Origin: Auanema rhodensis
Lineage: Eukaryota > Animalia > Nematoda
NCBI GenBank assembly: GCA_964057225.1
Contig: OZ059894.1
Coordinates: 18,972,001-19,036,000, forward strand
DNA: 64,000 nucleotides
Direction: 5' to 3'
Shown: positions 12,415-27,700 of the stretch, piece by piece
How positions within the stretch are numbered: the first letter of the stretch is position 1
How the letters are laid out: the number at the start of each line of letters is the position of its first letter
Translations under genes and position numbers: made by a program
Notes under the pieces: generated by a model
The model's input: the letters and a program-made list of their open reading frames with translations, nothing else
Database searches by the model: none
What the model was told of the DNA's origin: nothing

Positions 12415-14578
12415 TATCTCGGTGCATTTTTAAGCTAGCGCAAATCTGATAACACAGATCGACGCAGCTTAAGAATCCGCATCGAATGCACTATACTACA
12501 TTGAGAAACGCTTAATACAAAAATTAGTTATGATCGTTTGAAAAATGATCCATTAGTGTATGTTGAGTTTCCATGTACACTCAACATTGCTTCCAAAAAC
12601 ATTTTGACAAAACTTTTTTCGAAAAATTTCAAAATAATTTAGCAAAAAGTAGATGTTTTTAGATTCCTTTTTCCAAGGCAAAGACGATGGACAATGTTAT
12701 TCAACGAAAAAATTAATTCTTCAGGGTGAAAATCGAGGATATAAGTGTGAACTTATATCAGTTGATATCTCGGTGCATTTTTAAGCTAGCGCAAATCTGA
12801 TAACACAGATCGACGCAGCTTAAAAATCCGCATCGAATGCACTATACTACATTGAGAAACGCTTAATACAAAAATTAGTTATGATCGTTTGAAAAATGAT
12901 GCATTAGTGTATGTTGAGTTTCCATGTACACTCAACATTGCTTCCAAAAACATTTTGACAAAAATTTTTTCGAAAAATTTCAAAATAAATTAGCAAAAAA
13001 TAGATGTTTTTAGATTCCTTTTTTCAAGGCAAAGACGATGGACAATGTTATTCAACGAAAAAATTAATTCTTCAGGGTGAAAATCGAGGATATAAGTGTG
13101 AACTTATATCAGTTGATATCTCGGTGCATTTTTAAGCTAGCGCAAATCTGATAACACAGATCGACGCAGCTTAAAAATCCGCATCGAATGCACTATACTA
13201 CATTGAGAAACGCTTAATACAAAAATTAGTTATGATCGTTTGAAAAATGATGCATTAGTGTATGTTGAGTTTCCATGTACACTCAACATTGCTTCCAAAA
13301 ACATTTTGACAAAAATTTTTTCGAAAAATTTCAAAATAATTTAGCAAAAAGTAGATGTTTTTAGATTCCTTTTTTCAAGGCAAAGACGATGGACAATGTT
13401 ATTCAACGAAAAAATTAATTCTTCAGGGTGAAAATCGAGGATATAAGTGTGAACTTATATCAGTTGCTATCTCGGTGCATTTTTAAGCTAGCGCAAATCT
13501 GATAACACAGATCGACGCAGCTTAAGAATCCGCATCGAATGCACTATACTACATTGAGAAACGCTTAATACAAAAATTAGTTATGATCGTTTGAAAAATG
13601 ATCCATTAGTGTATGTTGAGTTTCCATGTACACTCAACATTGCTTCCAAAAACATTTTGACAAAACTTTTTTCGAAAAATTTCAAAATAATTTAGCAAAA
13701 AGTAGATGTTTTTAGATTCCTTTTTCCAAGGCAAAGACGATGGACAATGTTATTCAACGAAAAAATTAATTCTTCAGGGTGAAAATCGAGGATATAAGTG
13801 TGAACTTATATCAGTTGATATCTCGGTGCATTTTTAAGCTAGCGCAAATCTGATAACACAGATCGACGCAGCTTAAAAATCCGCATCGAATGCACTATAC
13901 TACATTGAGAAACGCTTAATACAAAAATTAGTTATGATCGTTTGAAAAATGATGCATTAGTGTATGTTGAGTTTCCATGTACACTCAACATTGCTTCCAA
14001 AAACATTTTGACAAAAATTTTTTCGAAAAATTTCAAAATAAATTAGCAAAAAATAGATGTTTTTAGATTCCTTTTTTCAAGGCAAAGACGATGGACAATG
14101 TTATTCAACGAAAAAATTAATTCTTCAGGGTGAAAATCGAGGATATAAGTGTGAACTTATATCAGTTGATATCTCGGTGCATTTTTAAGCTAGCGCAAAT
14201 CTGATAACACAGATCGACGCAGCTTAAAAATCCGCATCGAATGCACTATACTACATTGAGAAACGCTTAATACAAAAATTAGTTATGATCGTTTGAAAAA
14301 TGATGCATTAGTGTATGTTGAGTTTCCATGTACACTCAACATTGCTTCCAAAAACATTTTGACAAAAATTTTTTCGAAAAATTTCAAAATAATTTAGCAA
14401 AAAGTAGATGTTTTTAGATTCCTTTTTTCAAGGCAAAGACGATGGACAATGTTATTCAACGAAAAAATTAATTCTTCAGGGTGAAAATCGAGGATATAAG
14501 TGTGAACTTATATCAGTTGCTATCTCGGTGCATTTTTAAGCTAGCGCAAATCTGATAACACAGATCGACGCAGCTTAA
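12415..14578. repeat. Tandem duplication of a 3-monomer (1053-bp) unit
   Basis: taaGaat 12473/13526, ttttCcaagg 12673/13726, gttgCtat 13467/14520. Confidence 0.85.
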
Positions 14579-17500
14579 AAATCCGCATCGAATGCACTAT
14601 ACTACATTGAGAAACGCTTAATACAAAAATTAGTTATGATCGTTTGAAAAATGATGCATTAGTGTATGTTGAGTTTCCATGTACACTCAACATTGCTTCC
14701 AAAAACATTTTGACAAAAATTTTTTCGAAATATTTCAAAATAAATTAGCAAAAAATAGATGTTTTTAGATTCCTTTTTTCAAGGCAAAGACGATGGACAA
14801 TGTTATTCAACGAAAAAATTAATTCTTCAGGGTGAAAATCGAGGATATAAGTGTGAACTTATATCAGTTGATATCTCGGTGCATTTTTAGCTAGCGCAAA
14901 TCTGATAACACAGATCGACGCAGCTTAAAAATCCGCATCGAATGCACTATACTACATTGAGAAACGCTTAATACAAAAATTAGTTATGATCGTTTGAAAA
15001 ATGATGCATTAGTGTATGTTGAGTTTCCATGTACACTCAACATTGCTTCCAAAAACATTTTGACAAAAATTTTTTCGAAAAATTTCAAAATAAATTAGCA
15101 AAAAATAGATGTTTTTGGATTCCTTTTTTCAAGGCAAAGACGATGGACAATGTTATTCAACGAAAAAATAAATTCTTCAGGGTGAAAATCGAGGATATAA
15201 GTGTGAACTTATATCAGTTGATATCTCGGTGCATTTTTAAGCTAGCGCAAATCTGATAACACAGATCGACGCAGCTTAAAAATCCGCATCGAATGCACTA
15301 TACTACATTGAGAAACGCTTAATACAAAAATTAGTTATGATCGTTTGAAAAATGATCCATTAGTGTATGTTGAGTTTCCATGTACACTCAACATTGCTTC
15401 CAAAAACATTTTGACAAAACTTTTTTCGAAAAATTTCAAGATAATTTAGCAAAAAGTAGATGTTTTTAGATTCCTTTTTTCAAGGCAAAGACGATGGACA
15501 ATGTTATTCAACGAAAAAATTAATTCTTCAGGGTGAAAATCGAGGATATAAGTGTGAACTTATATCAGTTGATATCTCGGTGCATTTTTAAGCTAGCGCA
15601 AATCTGATTACACAGATCGACGCAGCTTAAAAATTTGCATTGAATGCACTATACTACATTGAGAAACGCTTAATACAAAAATTAGTTATGATCGTTTGAA
15701 AAATGATCCATTAGTGTATGTTGAGTTTCCATGTACACTGAACATTGCTTCCAAAAACATTTTGACAAAACTTTTTTCGAAAAATTTCAAGATAATTTAG
15801 CAAAAAGTAGATGTTTTTAGATTCCTTTTTTCAAGGCAAAGACGATGGACAATGTTATTCAACGAAAAAATTAATTCTTCAGGGTGAAAATCGAGGATAT
15901 AAGTGTGAACTTATATCAGTTGATATCTCGGTGCATTTTTAAGCTAGCGCAAATCTGATAACACAGATCGACGCAGCTTAAAAATCCGCATCGAATGCAC
16001 TATACTACATTGAGAAACGCTTAATACAAAAATTAGTTATGATCGTTTGAAAAATGATGCATTAGTGTATGTTGAGTTTCCATGTACACTCAACATTGCT
16101 TCCAAAAACATTTTGACAAAAATTTTTTCGAAAAATTTCAAAATAAATTAGCAAAAAATAGATGTTTTTAGATTCCTTTTTTCAAGGCAAAGACGATGGA
16201 CAATGTTATTCAACGAAAAAATTAATTCTTCAGGGTGAAAATCGAGGATATAAGTGTGAACTTATATCAGTTGATATCTCGGTGCATTTTTAAGCTAGCG
16301 CAAATCTGATAACACAGATCGACGCAGCTTAAAAATCCGCATCGAATGCACTATACTACATTGGGAAACGCTTAATACAAAAATTAGTTATGATCGTTTG
16401 AAAAATGATGCATTAGTGTATGTTGAGTTTCCATGTACACTCAACATTGCTTCCAAAAACATTTTGACAAAAATTTTTTCGAAAAATTTCAAAATAAATT
16501 AGCAAAAAACAGATGTTTTTGGATTCCTTTTTTCAAGGCAAAGACGATGGACAATGTTATTCAACGAAAAAATTAATTCTTCAGGGTGAAAATCGAGGAT
16601 ATAAGTGTGAACTTATATCAGTTGATATCTCGGTGCATTTTTAAGCTAGCGCAAATCTGATAACACAGATCGACGCAGCTTAAAAATCCGCATCGAATGC
16701 ACTATACTACATTGAGAAACGCTTAATACAAAAATTAGTTATGATCGTTTGAAAAATGATCCATTAGTGTATGTTGAGTTTCCATGTACACTCAACATTG
16801 CTTCCAAAAACATTTTGACAAAACTTTTTTCGAAAAATTTCAAGATAATTTAGCAAAAAATAGATGTTTTTAGATTCCTTTTTTCAAGGCAAAGACGATG
16901 GACAATGTTATTCAACGAAAAAATTAATTCTTCAGGGTGAAAATCGAGGATATAAGTGTGAACTTATATCAGTTGATATCTCGGTGCATTTTTAAGCTAG
17001 CGCAAATCTGATAACACAGATCGACGCAGCTTAAAAATCCGCATCGAATGCACTATACTACATTGAGAAACGCTTAATACAAAAATTAGTTATGATCGTT
17101 TGAAAAATGATGCATTAGTGTATGTTGAGTTTCCATGTACACTCAACATTGCTTCCAAAAACATTTTGACAAAAATTTTTTCGAAAAATTTCAAAATAAA
17201 TTAGCAAAAAATAGATGTTTTTAGATTCCTTTTTTCAAGGCGAAGACGATGGACAATGTTATTCAACGAAAAAATTAATTCTTCAGGGTGAAAATCGAGG
17301 ATATAAGTGTGAACTTATATCAGTTGATATCTCGGTGCATTTTTAAGCTAGCGCAAATCTGATAACACAGATCGACGCAGCTTAAGAATCCGCATCGAAT
17401 GCACTATACTACATTGAGAAACGCTTAATACAAAAATTAGTTATGATCGTTTGAAAAATGATGCATTAGTGTATGTTGAGTTTCCATGTACACTCAACAT

Positions 17501-20500
17501 TGCTTCCAAAAACATTTTGACAAAAATTTTTTCGAAAAATTTCAAAATAAATTAGCAAAAAATAGATGTTTTTAGATTCCTTTTTTCAAGGCGAAGACGA
17601 TGGACAATGTTATTCAACGAAAAAATTAATTCTTCAGGGTGAAAATCGAGGATATAAGTGTGAACTTATATCAGTTGATATCTCGGTGCATTTTTAAGCT
17701 AGCGCAAATCTGATAACACAGATCGACGCAGCTTAAGAATCCGCATCGAATGCACTATACTACATTGAGAAACGCTTAATACAAAAATTAGTTATGATCG
17801 TTTGAAAAATGATCCATTAGTGTATGTTGAGTTTCCATGTACACTCAACATTGCTTCCAAAAACATTTTGACAAAACTTTTTTCGAAAAATTTCAAAATA
17901 ATTTAGCAAAAAGTAGATGTTTTTAGATTCCTTTTTTCAAGGCAAAGACGATGGACAATGTTATTCAACGAAAAAATTAATTCTTCAGGGTGAAAATCGA
18001 GGATATAAGTGTGAACTTATATCAGTTGATATCTCGGTGCATTTTTAAGCTAGCGCAAATCTGATAACACAGATCGACGCAGCTTAAAAATCCGCATCGA
18101 ATGCACTATACTACATTGAGAAACGCTTAATACAAAAATTAGTTATGATCGTTTGAAAAATGATCCATTAGTGTATGTTGAGTTTCCATGTACACTCAAC
18201 ATTGCTTCCAAAAACATTTTGACAAAACTTTTTTCGAAAAATTTCAAGATAATTTAGCAAAAAGTAGATGTTTTTAGATTCCTTTTTTCAAGGCAAAGAC
18301 GATGGACAATGTTATTCAACGAAAAAATTAATTCTTCAGGGTGAAAATCGAGGATATAAGTGTGAACTTATATCAGTTGATATCTCGGTGCATTTTTAAG
18401 CTAGCGCAAATCTGATAACACAGATCGACGCAGCTTAAAAATTTGCATTGAATGCACTATACTACATTGAGAAACGCTTAATACAAAAATTAGTTATGAT
18501 CGTTTGAAAAATGATCCATTAGTGTATGTTGAGTTTCCATGTACACTCAACATTGCTTCCAAAAACATTTTGACAAAACTTTTTTCGAAAAATTTCAAGA
18601 TAATTTAGCAAAAAATAGATGTTTTTAGATTCCTTTTTTCAAGGCAAAGACGATGGACAATGTTATTCAACGAAAAAATTAATTCTTCAGGGTGAAAATC
18701 GAGGATATAAGTGTGAACTTATATCAGTTGATATCTCGGTGCATTTTTAAGCTAGCGCAAATCTGATAACACAGATCGACGCAGCTTAAAAATCCGCATC
18801 GAATGCACTATACTACATTGAGAAACGCTTAATACAAAAATTAGTTATGATCGTTTGAAAAATGATGCATTAGTGTATGTTGAGTTTCCATGTACACTCA
18901 ACATTGCTTCCAAAAACATTTTGACAAAAATTTTTTCGAAAAATTTCAAAATAAATTAGCAAAAAATAGATGTTTTTAGATTCCTTTTTTCAAGGCGAAG
19001 ACGATGGACAATGTTATTCAACGAAAAAATTAATTCTTCAGGGTGAAAATCGAGGATATAAGTGTGAACTTATATCAGTTGATATCTCGGTGCATTTTTA
19101 AGCTAGCGCAAATCTGATAACACAGATCGACGCAGCTTAAGAATCCGCATCGAATGCACTATACTACATTGAGAAACGCTTAATACAAAAATTAGTTATG
19201 ATTGTTTGAAAAATGATCCATTAGTGTATGTTGAGTTTCCATGTACACTCAACATTGCTTCCAAAAACATTTTGACAAAAATTTTTTCGAAAAATTTCAA
19301 AATAAATTAGCAAAAAATAGATGTTTTTAGATTCCTTTTTTCAAGGCGAAGACGATGGACAATGTTATTCAACGAAAAAATTAATTCTTCAGGGTGAAAA
19401 TCGAGGATATAAGTGTGAACTTATATCAGTTGATATCTCGGTGCATTTTTAAGCTAGCGCAAATCTGATAACACAGATCGACGCAGCTTAAAAATCCGCA
19501 TCGAATGCACTATACTACATTGAGAAACGCTTAATACAAAAGTTAGTTATGATCGTTTGAAAAATGATGCATTAGTGTATGTTGAGTTTCCATGTACACT
19601 CAACATTGCTTCCAAAAACATTTTGACAAAAATTTTTTCGAAAAATTTCAAAATAAATTAGCAAAAAGTAGATGTTTTTAGATTCCTTTTTTTCAAGGCA
19701 AAGACGATGGACAATGTTATTCAACGAAAAAATTAATTCTTCAGGGTGAAAATCGAGGATATAAGTGTGAACTTATATCAGTTGATATCTCGGTGCATTT
19801 TTAAGCTAGCGCAAATCTGATAACACAGATCGACGCAGCTTAAGAATCCGCATCGAATGCACTATACTACATTGAGAAACGCTTAATACAAAAATTAGTT
19901 ATGATCGTTTGAAAAATGATCCATTAGTGTATGTTGAGTTTCCATGTACACTCAACATTGCTTCCAAAAACATTTTGACAAAACTTTTTTCGAAAAATTT
20001 CAAAATAATTTAGCAAAAAGTAGATGTTTTTAGATTCCTTTTTTCAAGGCAAAGACGATGGACAATGTTATTCAACGAAAAAATTAATTCTTCAGGGTGA
20101 AAATCGAGGATATAAGTGTGAACTTATATCAGTTGATATCTCGGTGCATTTTTAAGCTAGCGCAAATCTGATAACACAGATCGACGCAGCTTAAAAATCC
20201 GCATCGAATGCACTATACTACATTGAGAAACGCTTAATACAAAAATTAGTTATGATCGTTTGAAAAATGATGCATTAGTGTATGTTGAGTTTCCATGTAC
20301 ACTCAACATTGCTTCCAAAAACATTTTGACAAAAATTTTTTCGAAAAATTTCAAAATAAATTAGCAAAAAATAGATGTTTTTAGATTCCTTTTTTCAAGG
20401 CGAAGACGATGGACAATGTTATTCAACGAAAAAATTAATTCTTCAGGGTGAAAATCGAGGATATAAGTGTGAACTTATATCAGTTGATATCTCGGTGCAT

Positions 20501-20714
20501 TTTTAAGCTAGCGCAAATCTGATAACACAGATCGACGCAGCTTAAGAATCCGCATCGAATGCACTATACTACATTGAGAAACGCTTAATACAAAAATTAG
20601 TTATGATCGTTTGAAAAATGATGCATTAGTGTATGTTGAGTTTCCATGTACACTCAACATTGCTTCCAAAAACATTTTGACAAAAATTTTTTCGAAAAAT
20701 TTCAAAATAAATTA

Positions 20715-23700
20715 GCAAAAAACAGATGTTTTTGGATTCCTTTTTTCAAGGCAAAGACGATGGACAATGTTATTCAACGAAAAAATTAATTCTTCAGGGT
20801 GAAAATCGAGGATATAAGTGTGAACTTATATCAGTTGATATCTCGGTGCATTTTTAAGCTAGCGCAAATCTGATAACACAGATCGACGCAGCTTAAAAAT
20901 TTGCATTGAATGCACTATACTACATTGAGAAACGCTTAATACAAAAATTAGTTATGATCGTTTGAAAAATGATCCATTAGTGTATGTTGAGTTTCCATGT
21001 ACACTCAACATTGCTTCCAAAAACATTTTGACAAAACTTTTTTCGAAAAATTTCAAAATAATTTAGCAAAAAGTAGATGTTTTTAGATTCCTTTTTTCAA
21101 GGCAAAGACGATGGACAATGTTATTCAACGAAAAAATTAATTCTTCAGGGTGAAAATCGAGGATATAAGTGTGAACTTATATCAGTTGATATCTCGGTGC
21201 ATTTTTAAGCTAGCGCAAATCTGATAACACAGATCGACGCAGCTTAAAAATCCGCATCGAATGCACTATACTACATTAAGAAACGCTTAATACAAAAATT
21301 AGTTATGATCGTTTGAAAAATGATCCATTAGTGTATGTTGAGTTTCCATGTACACTCAACATTGCTTCCAAAAACATTTTGACAAAACTTTTTTCGAAAA
21401 ATTTCAAAATAATTTAGCAAAAAGTAGATGTTTTTAGATTCCTTTTTTCAAGGCAAAGACGATGGACAATGTTATTCAACGAAAAAATTAATTCTTCAGG
21501 GTGAAAATCGAGGATATAAGTGTGAACTTATATCAGTTGATATCTCGGTGCATTTTTAAGCTAGCGCAAATCTGATAACACAGATCGACGCAGCTTAAAA
21601 ATTTGCATTGAATGCACTATACTACATTGAGAAACGCTTAATACAAAAATTAGTTATGATCGTTTGAAAAATGATCCATTAGTGTATGTTGAGTTTCCAT
21701 GTACACTCAACATTGCTTCCAAAAACATTTTGACAAAACTTTTTTCGAAAAATTTCAAGATAATTTAGCAAAAAATAGATGTTTTTAGATTCCTTTTTTC
21801 AAGGCAAAGACGATGGACAATGTTATTCAACGAAAAAATTAATTCTTCAGGGTGAAAATCGAGGATATAAGTGTGAACTTATATCAGTTGATATCTCGGT
21901 GCATTTTTAAGCTAGCGCAAATCTGATAACACAGATCGACGCAGCTTAAAAATCCGCATCGAATGCACTATACTACATTGAGAAACGCTTAATACAAAAA
22001 TTAGTTATGATCGTTTGAAAAATGATGCATTAGTGTATGTTGAGTTTCCATGTACACTCAACATTGCTTCCAAAAACATTTTGACAAAAATTTTTTCGAA
22101 AAATTTCAAAATAAATTAGCAAAAAATAGATGTTTTTAGATTCCTTTTTTCAAGGCGAAGACGATGGACAATGTTATTCAACGAAAAAATTAATTCTTCA
22201 GGGTGAAAATCGAGGATATAAGTGTGAACTTATATCAGTTGATATCTCGGTGCATTTTTAAGCTAGCGCAAATCTGATAACACAGATCGACGCAGCTTAA
22301 GAATCCGCATCGAATGCACTATACTACATTGAGAAACGCTTAATACAAAAATTAGTTATGATCGTTTGAAAAATGATCCATTAGTGTATGTTGAGTTTCC
22401 ATGTACACTCAACATTGCTTCCAAAAACATTTTGACAAAACTTTTTTCGAAAAATTTCAAAATAATTTAGCAAAAAGTAGATGTTTTTAGATTCCTTTTT
22501 TCAAGGCAAAGACGATGGACAATGTTATTCAACGAAAAAATTAATTCTTCAGGGTGAAAATCGAGGATATAAGTGTGAACTTATATCAGTTGATATCTCG
22601 GTGCATTTTTAAGCTAGCGCAAATCTGATAACACAGATCGACGCAGCTTAAAAATCCGCATCGAATGCACTATACTACATTAAGAAACGCTTAATACAAA
22701 AATTAGTTATGATCGTTTGAAAAATGATCCATTAGTGTATGTTGAGTTTCCATGTACACTCAACATTGCTTCCAAAAACATTTTGACAAAACTTTTTTCG
22801 AAAAATTTCAAAATAATTTAGCAAAAAGTAGATGTTTTTAGATTCCTTTTTTCAAGGCAAAGACGATGGACAATGTTATTCAACGAAAAAATTAATTCTT
22901 CAGGGTGAAAATCGAGGATATAAGTGTGAACTTATATCAGTTGATATCTCGGTGCATTTTTAAGCTAGCGCAAATCTGATAACACAGATCGACGCAGCTT
23001 AAAAATTTGCATTGAATGCACTATACTACATTGAGAAACGCTTAATACAAAAATTAGTTATGATCGTTTGAAAAATGATCCATTAGTGTATGTTGAGTTT
23101 CCATGTACACTCAACATTGCTTCCAAAAACATTTTGACAAAACTTTTTTCGAAAAATTTCAAAATAATTTAGCAAAAAGTAGATGTTTTTAGATTCCTTT
23201 TTTCAAGGCAAAGACGATGGACAATGTTATTCAACGAAAAAATTAATTCTTCAGGGTGAAAATCGAGGATATAAGTGTGAACTTATATCAGTTGATATCT
23301 CGGTGCATTTTTAAGCTAGCGCAAATCTGATAACACAGATCGACGCAGCTTAAAAATCCGCATCGAATGCACTATACTACATTAAGAAACGCTTAATACA
23401 AAAATTAGTTATGATCGTTTGAAAAATGATCCATTAGTGTATGTTGAGTTTCCATGTACACTCAACATTGCTTCCAAAAACATTTTGACAAAACTTTTTT
23501 CGAAAAATTTCAAAATAATTTAGCAAAAAGTAGATGTTTTTAGATTCCTTTTTTCAAGGCAAAGACGATGGACAATGTTATTCAACGAAAAAATTAATTC
23601 TTCAGGGTGAAAATCGAGGATATAAGTGTGAACTTATATCAGTTGATATCTCGGTGCATTTTTAAGCTAGCGCAAATCTGATAACACAGATCGACGCAGC

Positions 23701-24787
23701 TTAAAAATTTGCATTGAATGCACTATACTACATTGAGAAACGCTTAATACAAAAATTAGTTATGATCGTTTGAAAAATGATCCATTAGTGTATGTTGAGT
23801 TTCCATGTACACTCAACATTGCTTCCAAAAACATTTTGACAAAACTTTTTTCGAAAAATTTCAAGATAATTTAGCAAAAAATAGATGTTTTTAGATTCCT
23901 TTTTTCAAGGCAAAGACGATGGACAATGTTATTCAACGAAAAAATTAATTCTTCAGGGTGAAAATCGAGGATATAAGTGTGAACTTATATCAGTTGATAT
24001 CTCGGTGCATTTTTAAGCTAGCGCAAATCTTATAACACAGATCGACGCAGCTTAAAAATCCGCATCGAATGCACTATACTACATTGAGAAACGCTTAATA
24101 CAAAAATTAGTTATGATCGTTTGAAAAATGATGCATTAGTGTATGTTGAGTTTCCATGTACACTCAACATTGCTTCCAAAAACATTTTGACAAAAATTTT
24201 TTCGAAAAATTTCAAAATAAATTAGCAAAAAATAGATGTTTTTAGATTCCTTTTTTCAAGGCGAAGACGATGGACAATGTTATTCAACGAAAAAATTAAT
24301 TCTTCAGGGTGAAAATCGAGGATATAAGTGTGAACTTATATCAGTTGATATCTCGGTGCATTTTTAAGCTAGCGCAAATCTGATAACACAGATCGACGCA
24401 GCTTAAGAATCCGCATCGAATGCACTATACTACATTGAGAAACGCTTAATACAAAAATTAGTTATGATCGTTTGAAAAATGATCCATTAGTGTATGTTGA
24501 GTTTCCATGTACACTCAACATTGCTTCCAAAAACATTTTGACAAAACTTTTTTCGAAAAATTTCAAAATAATTTAGCAAAAAGTAGATGTTTTTAGATTC
24601 CTTTTTTCAAGGCAAAGACGATGGACAATGTTATTCAACGAAAAAATTAATTCTTCAGGGTGAAAATCGAGGATATAAGTGTGAACTTATATCAGTTGAT
24701 ATCTCGGTGCATTTTTAAGCTAGCGCAAATCTGATAACACAGATCGACGCAGCTTAAAAATCCGCATCGAATGCACTATACTACATT
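20715..24787. repeat. Tandem duplication of a 6-monomer (2106-bp) unit
   Basis: aatTTgcatT ~20901/~23007 and ~21603/~23709, cattAag 21278/23384, taaGaat 22301/24407; one private change at 24031. Confidence 0.85.
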
Positions 24788-27700
24788 GAGAAACGCTTAA
24801 TACAAAAATTAGTTATGATCGTTTGAAAAATGATCCATTAGTGTATGTTGAGTTTCCATGTACACTCAACATTGCTTCCAAAAACATTTTGACAAAACTT
24901 TTTTCGAAAAATTTCAAAATAATTTAGCAAAAAGTAGATGTTTTTAGATTCCTTTTTTCAAGGCAAAGACGATGGACAATGTTATTCAACGAAAAAATTA
25001 ATTCTTCAGGGTGAAAATCGAGGATATAAGTGTGAACTTATATCAGTTGATATCTCGGTGCATTTTTAAGCTAGCGCAAATCTGATAACACAGATCGACG
25101 CAGCTTAAGAATCCGCATCGAATGCACTATACTACATTGAGAAACGCTTAATACAAAAATTAGTTATGATCGTTTGAAAAATGATCCATTAGTGTATGTT
25201 GAGTTTCCATGTACACTCAACATTGCTTCCAAAAACATTTTGACAAAACTTTTTTCGAAAAATTTCAAAATAATTTAGCAAAAAGTAGATGTTTTTAGAT
25301 TCCTTTTTTCAAGGCAAAGACGATGGACAATGTTATTCAACGAAAAAATTAATTCTTCAGGGTGAAAATCGAGGATATAAGTGTGAACTTATATCAGTTG
25401 ATATCTCGGTGCATTTTTAAGCTAGCGCAAATCTGATAACACAGATCGACGCAGCTTAAAAATCCGCATCGAATGCACTATACTACATTGAGAAACGCTT
25501 AATACAAAAATTAGTTATGATCGTTTGAAAAATGATGCATTAGTGTATGTTGAGTTTCCATGTACACTCAACATTGCTTCCAAAAACATTTTGACAAAAA
25601 TTTTTCGAAAAATTTCAAAATAAATTAGCAAAAAATAGATGTTTTTAGATTCCTTTTTTCAAGGCAAAGACGATGGACAATGTTATTCAACGAAAAAATT
25701 AATTCTTCAGGGTGAAAATCGAGGATATAAGTGTGAACTTATATCAGTTGATATCTCGGTGCATTTTTAAGCTAGCGCAAATCTGATAACACAGATCGAC
25801 GCAGCTTAAGAATCCGCATCGAATGCACTATACTACATTGAGAAACGCTTAATACAAAAATTAGTTATGATCGTTTGAAAAATGATCCATTAGTGTATGT
25901 TGAGTTTCCATGTACACTCAACATTGCTTCCAAAAACATTTTGACAAAACTTTTTTCGAAAAATTTCAAAATAATTTAGCAAAAAGTAGATGTTTTTAGA
26001 TTCCTTTTTTCAAGGCAAAGACGATGGACAATGTTATTCAACGAAAACATTAATTCTTCAGGGTGAAAATCGAGGATATAAGTGTGAACTTATATCAGTT
26101 GATATCTCGGTGCATTTTTAAGCTAGCGCAAATCTGATAACACAGATCGACGCAGCTTAAAAATCCGCATCGAATGCACTATACTACATTGAGAAACGCT
26201 TAATACAAAAATTAGTTATGATCGTTTGAAAAATGATGCATTAGTGTATGTTGAGTTTCCATGTACACTCAACATTGCTTCCAAAAACATTTTGACAAAA
26301 ATTTTTTCGAAAAATTTCAAAATAAATTAGCAAAAAATAGATGTTTTTGGATTCCTTTTTTCAAGGCAAAGACGATGGACAATGTTATTCAACGAAAACA
26401 TTAATTCTTCAGGGTGAAAATCGAGGATATAAGTGTGAACTTATATCAGTTGATATCTCGGTGCATTTTTAAGCTAGCGCAAATCTGATAACACAGATCG
26501 ACGCAGCTTAAGAATCCGCATCGAATGCACTATACTACATTGAGAAACGCTTAATACAAAAATTAGTTATGATCGTTTGAAAAATGATGCATTAGTGTAT
26601 GTTGAGTTTCCATGTACACTCAACATTGCTTCCAAAAACATTTTGACAAAAATTTTTTCGAAAAATTTCAAAATAAATTAGCAAAAAATAGATGTTTTTA
26701 GATTCCTTTTTTCAAGGCAAAGACGATGGACAATGTTATTCAACGAAAAAATTAATTCTTCAGGGTGAAAATCGAGGATATAAGTGTGAACTTATATCAG
26801 TTGATATCTCGGTGCATTTTTAAGCTAGCGCAAATCTGATAACACAGATCGACGCAGCTTAAAAATCCGCATCGAATGCACTATACTACATTGAGAAACG
26901 CTTAATACAAAAATTAGTTATGATCGTTTGAAAAATGATGCATTAGTGTATGTTGAGTTTCCATGTACACTCAACATTGCTTCCAAAAACATTTTGACAA
27001 AAATTTTTTCGAAAAATTTCAAAATAAATTAGCAAAAAATAGATGTTTTTGGATTCCTTTTTTCAAGGCAAAGACGATGGACAATGTTATTCAACGAAAA
27101 CATTAATTCTTCAGGGTGAAAATCGAGGATATAAGTGTGAACTTATATCAGTTGATATCTCGGTGCATTTTTAAGCTAGCGCAAATCTGATAACACAGAT
27201 CGACGCAGCTTAAGAATCCGCATCGAATGCACTATACTACATTGAGAAACGCTTAATACAAAAATTAGTTATGATCGTTTGAAAAATGATCCATTAGTGT
27301 ATGTTGAGTTTCCATGTACACTCAACATTGCTTCCAAAAACATTTTGACAAAAATTTTTTCGAAAAATTTCAAAATAAATTAGCAAAAAATAGATGTTTT
27401 TGGATTCCTTTTTTCAAGGCAAAGACGATGGACAATGTTATTCAACGAAAACATTAATTCTTCAGGGTGAAAATCGAGGATATAAGTGTGAACTTATATC
27501 AGTTGATATCTCGGTGCATTTTTAAGCTAGCGCAAATCTGATAACACAGATCGACGCAGCTTAAGAATCCGCATCGAATGCACTATACTACATTGAGAAA
27601 CGCTTAATACAAAAATTAGTTATGATCGTTTGAAAAATGATCCATTAGTGTATGTTGAGTTTCCATGTACACTCAACATTGCTTCCAAAAACATTTTGAC

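Noticed and set aside
15029-15256. 75-aa ORF from the ORF track
   Set aside because: It lies within satellite monomers and is open only because TAG>TGG (15117) and TAA>AAA (15170) coincide in this one copy. Other copies have stops, the rest of the frame has many stops, and I recognise no domain.
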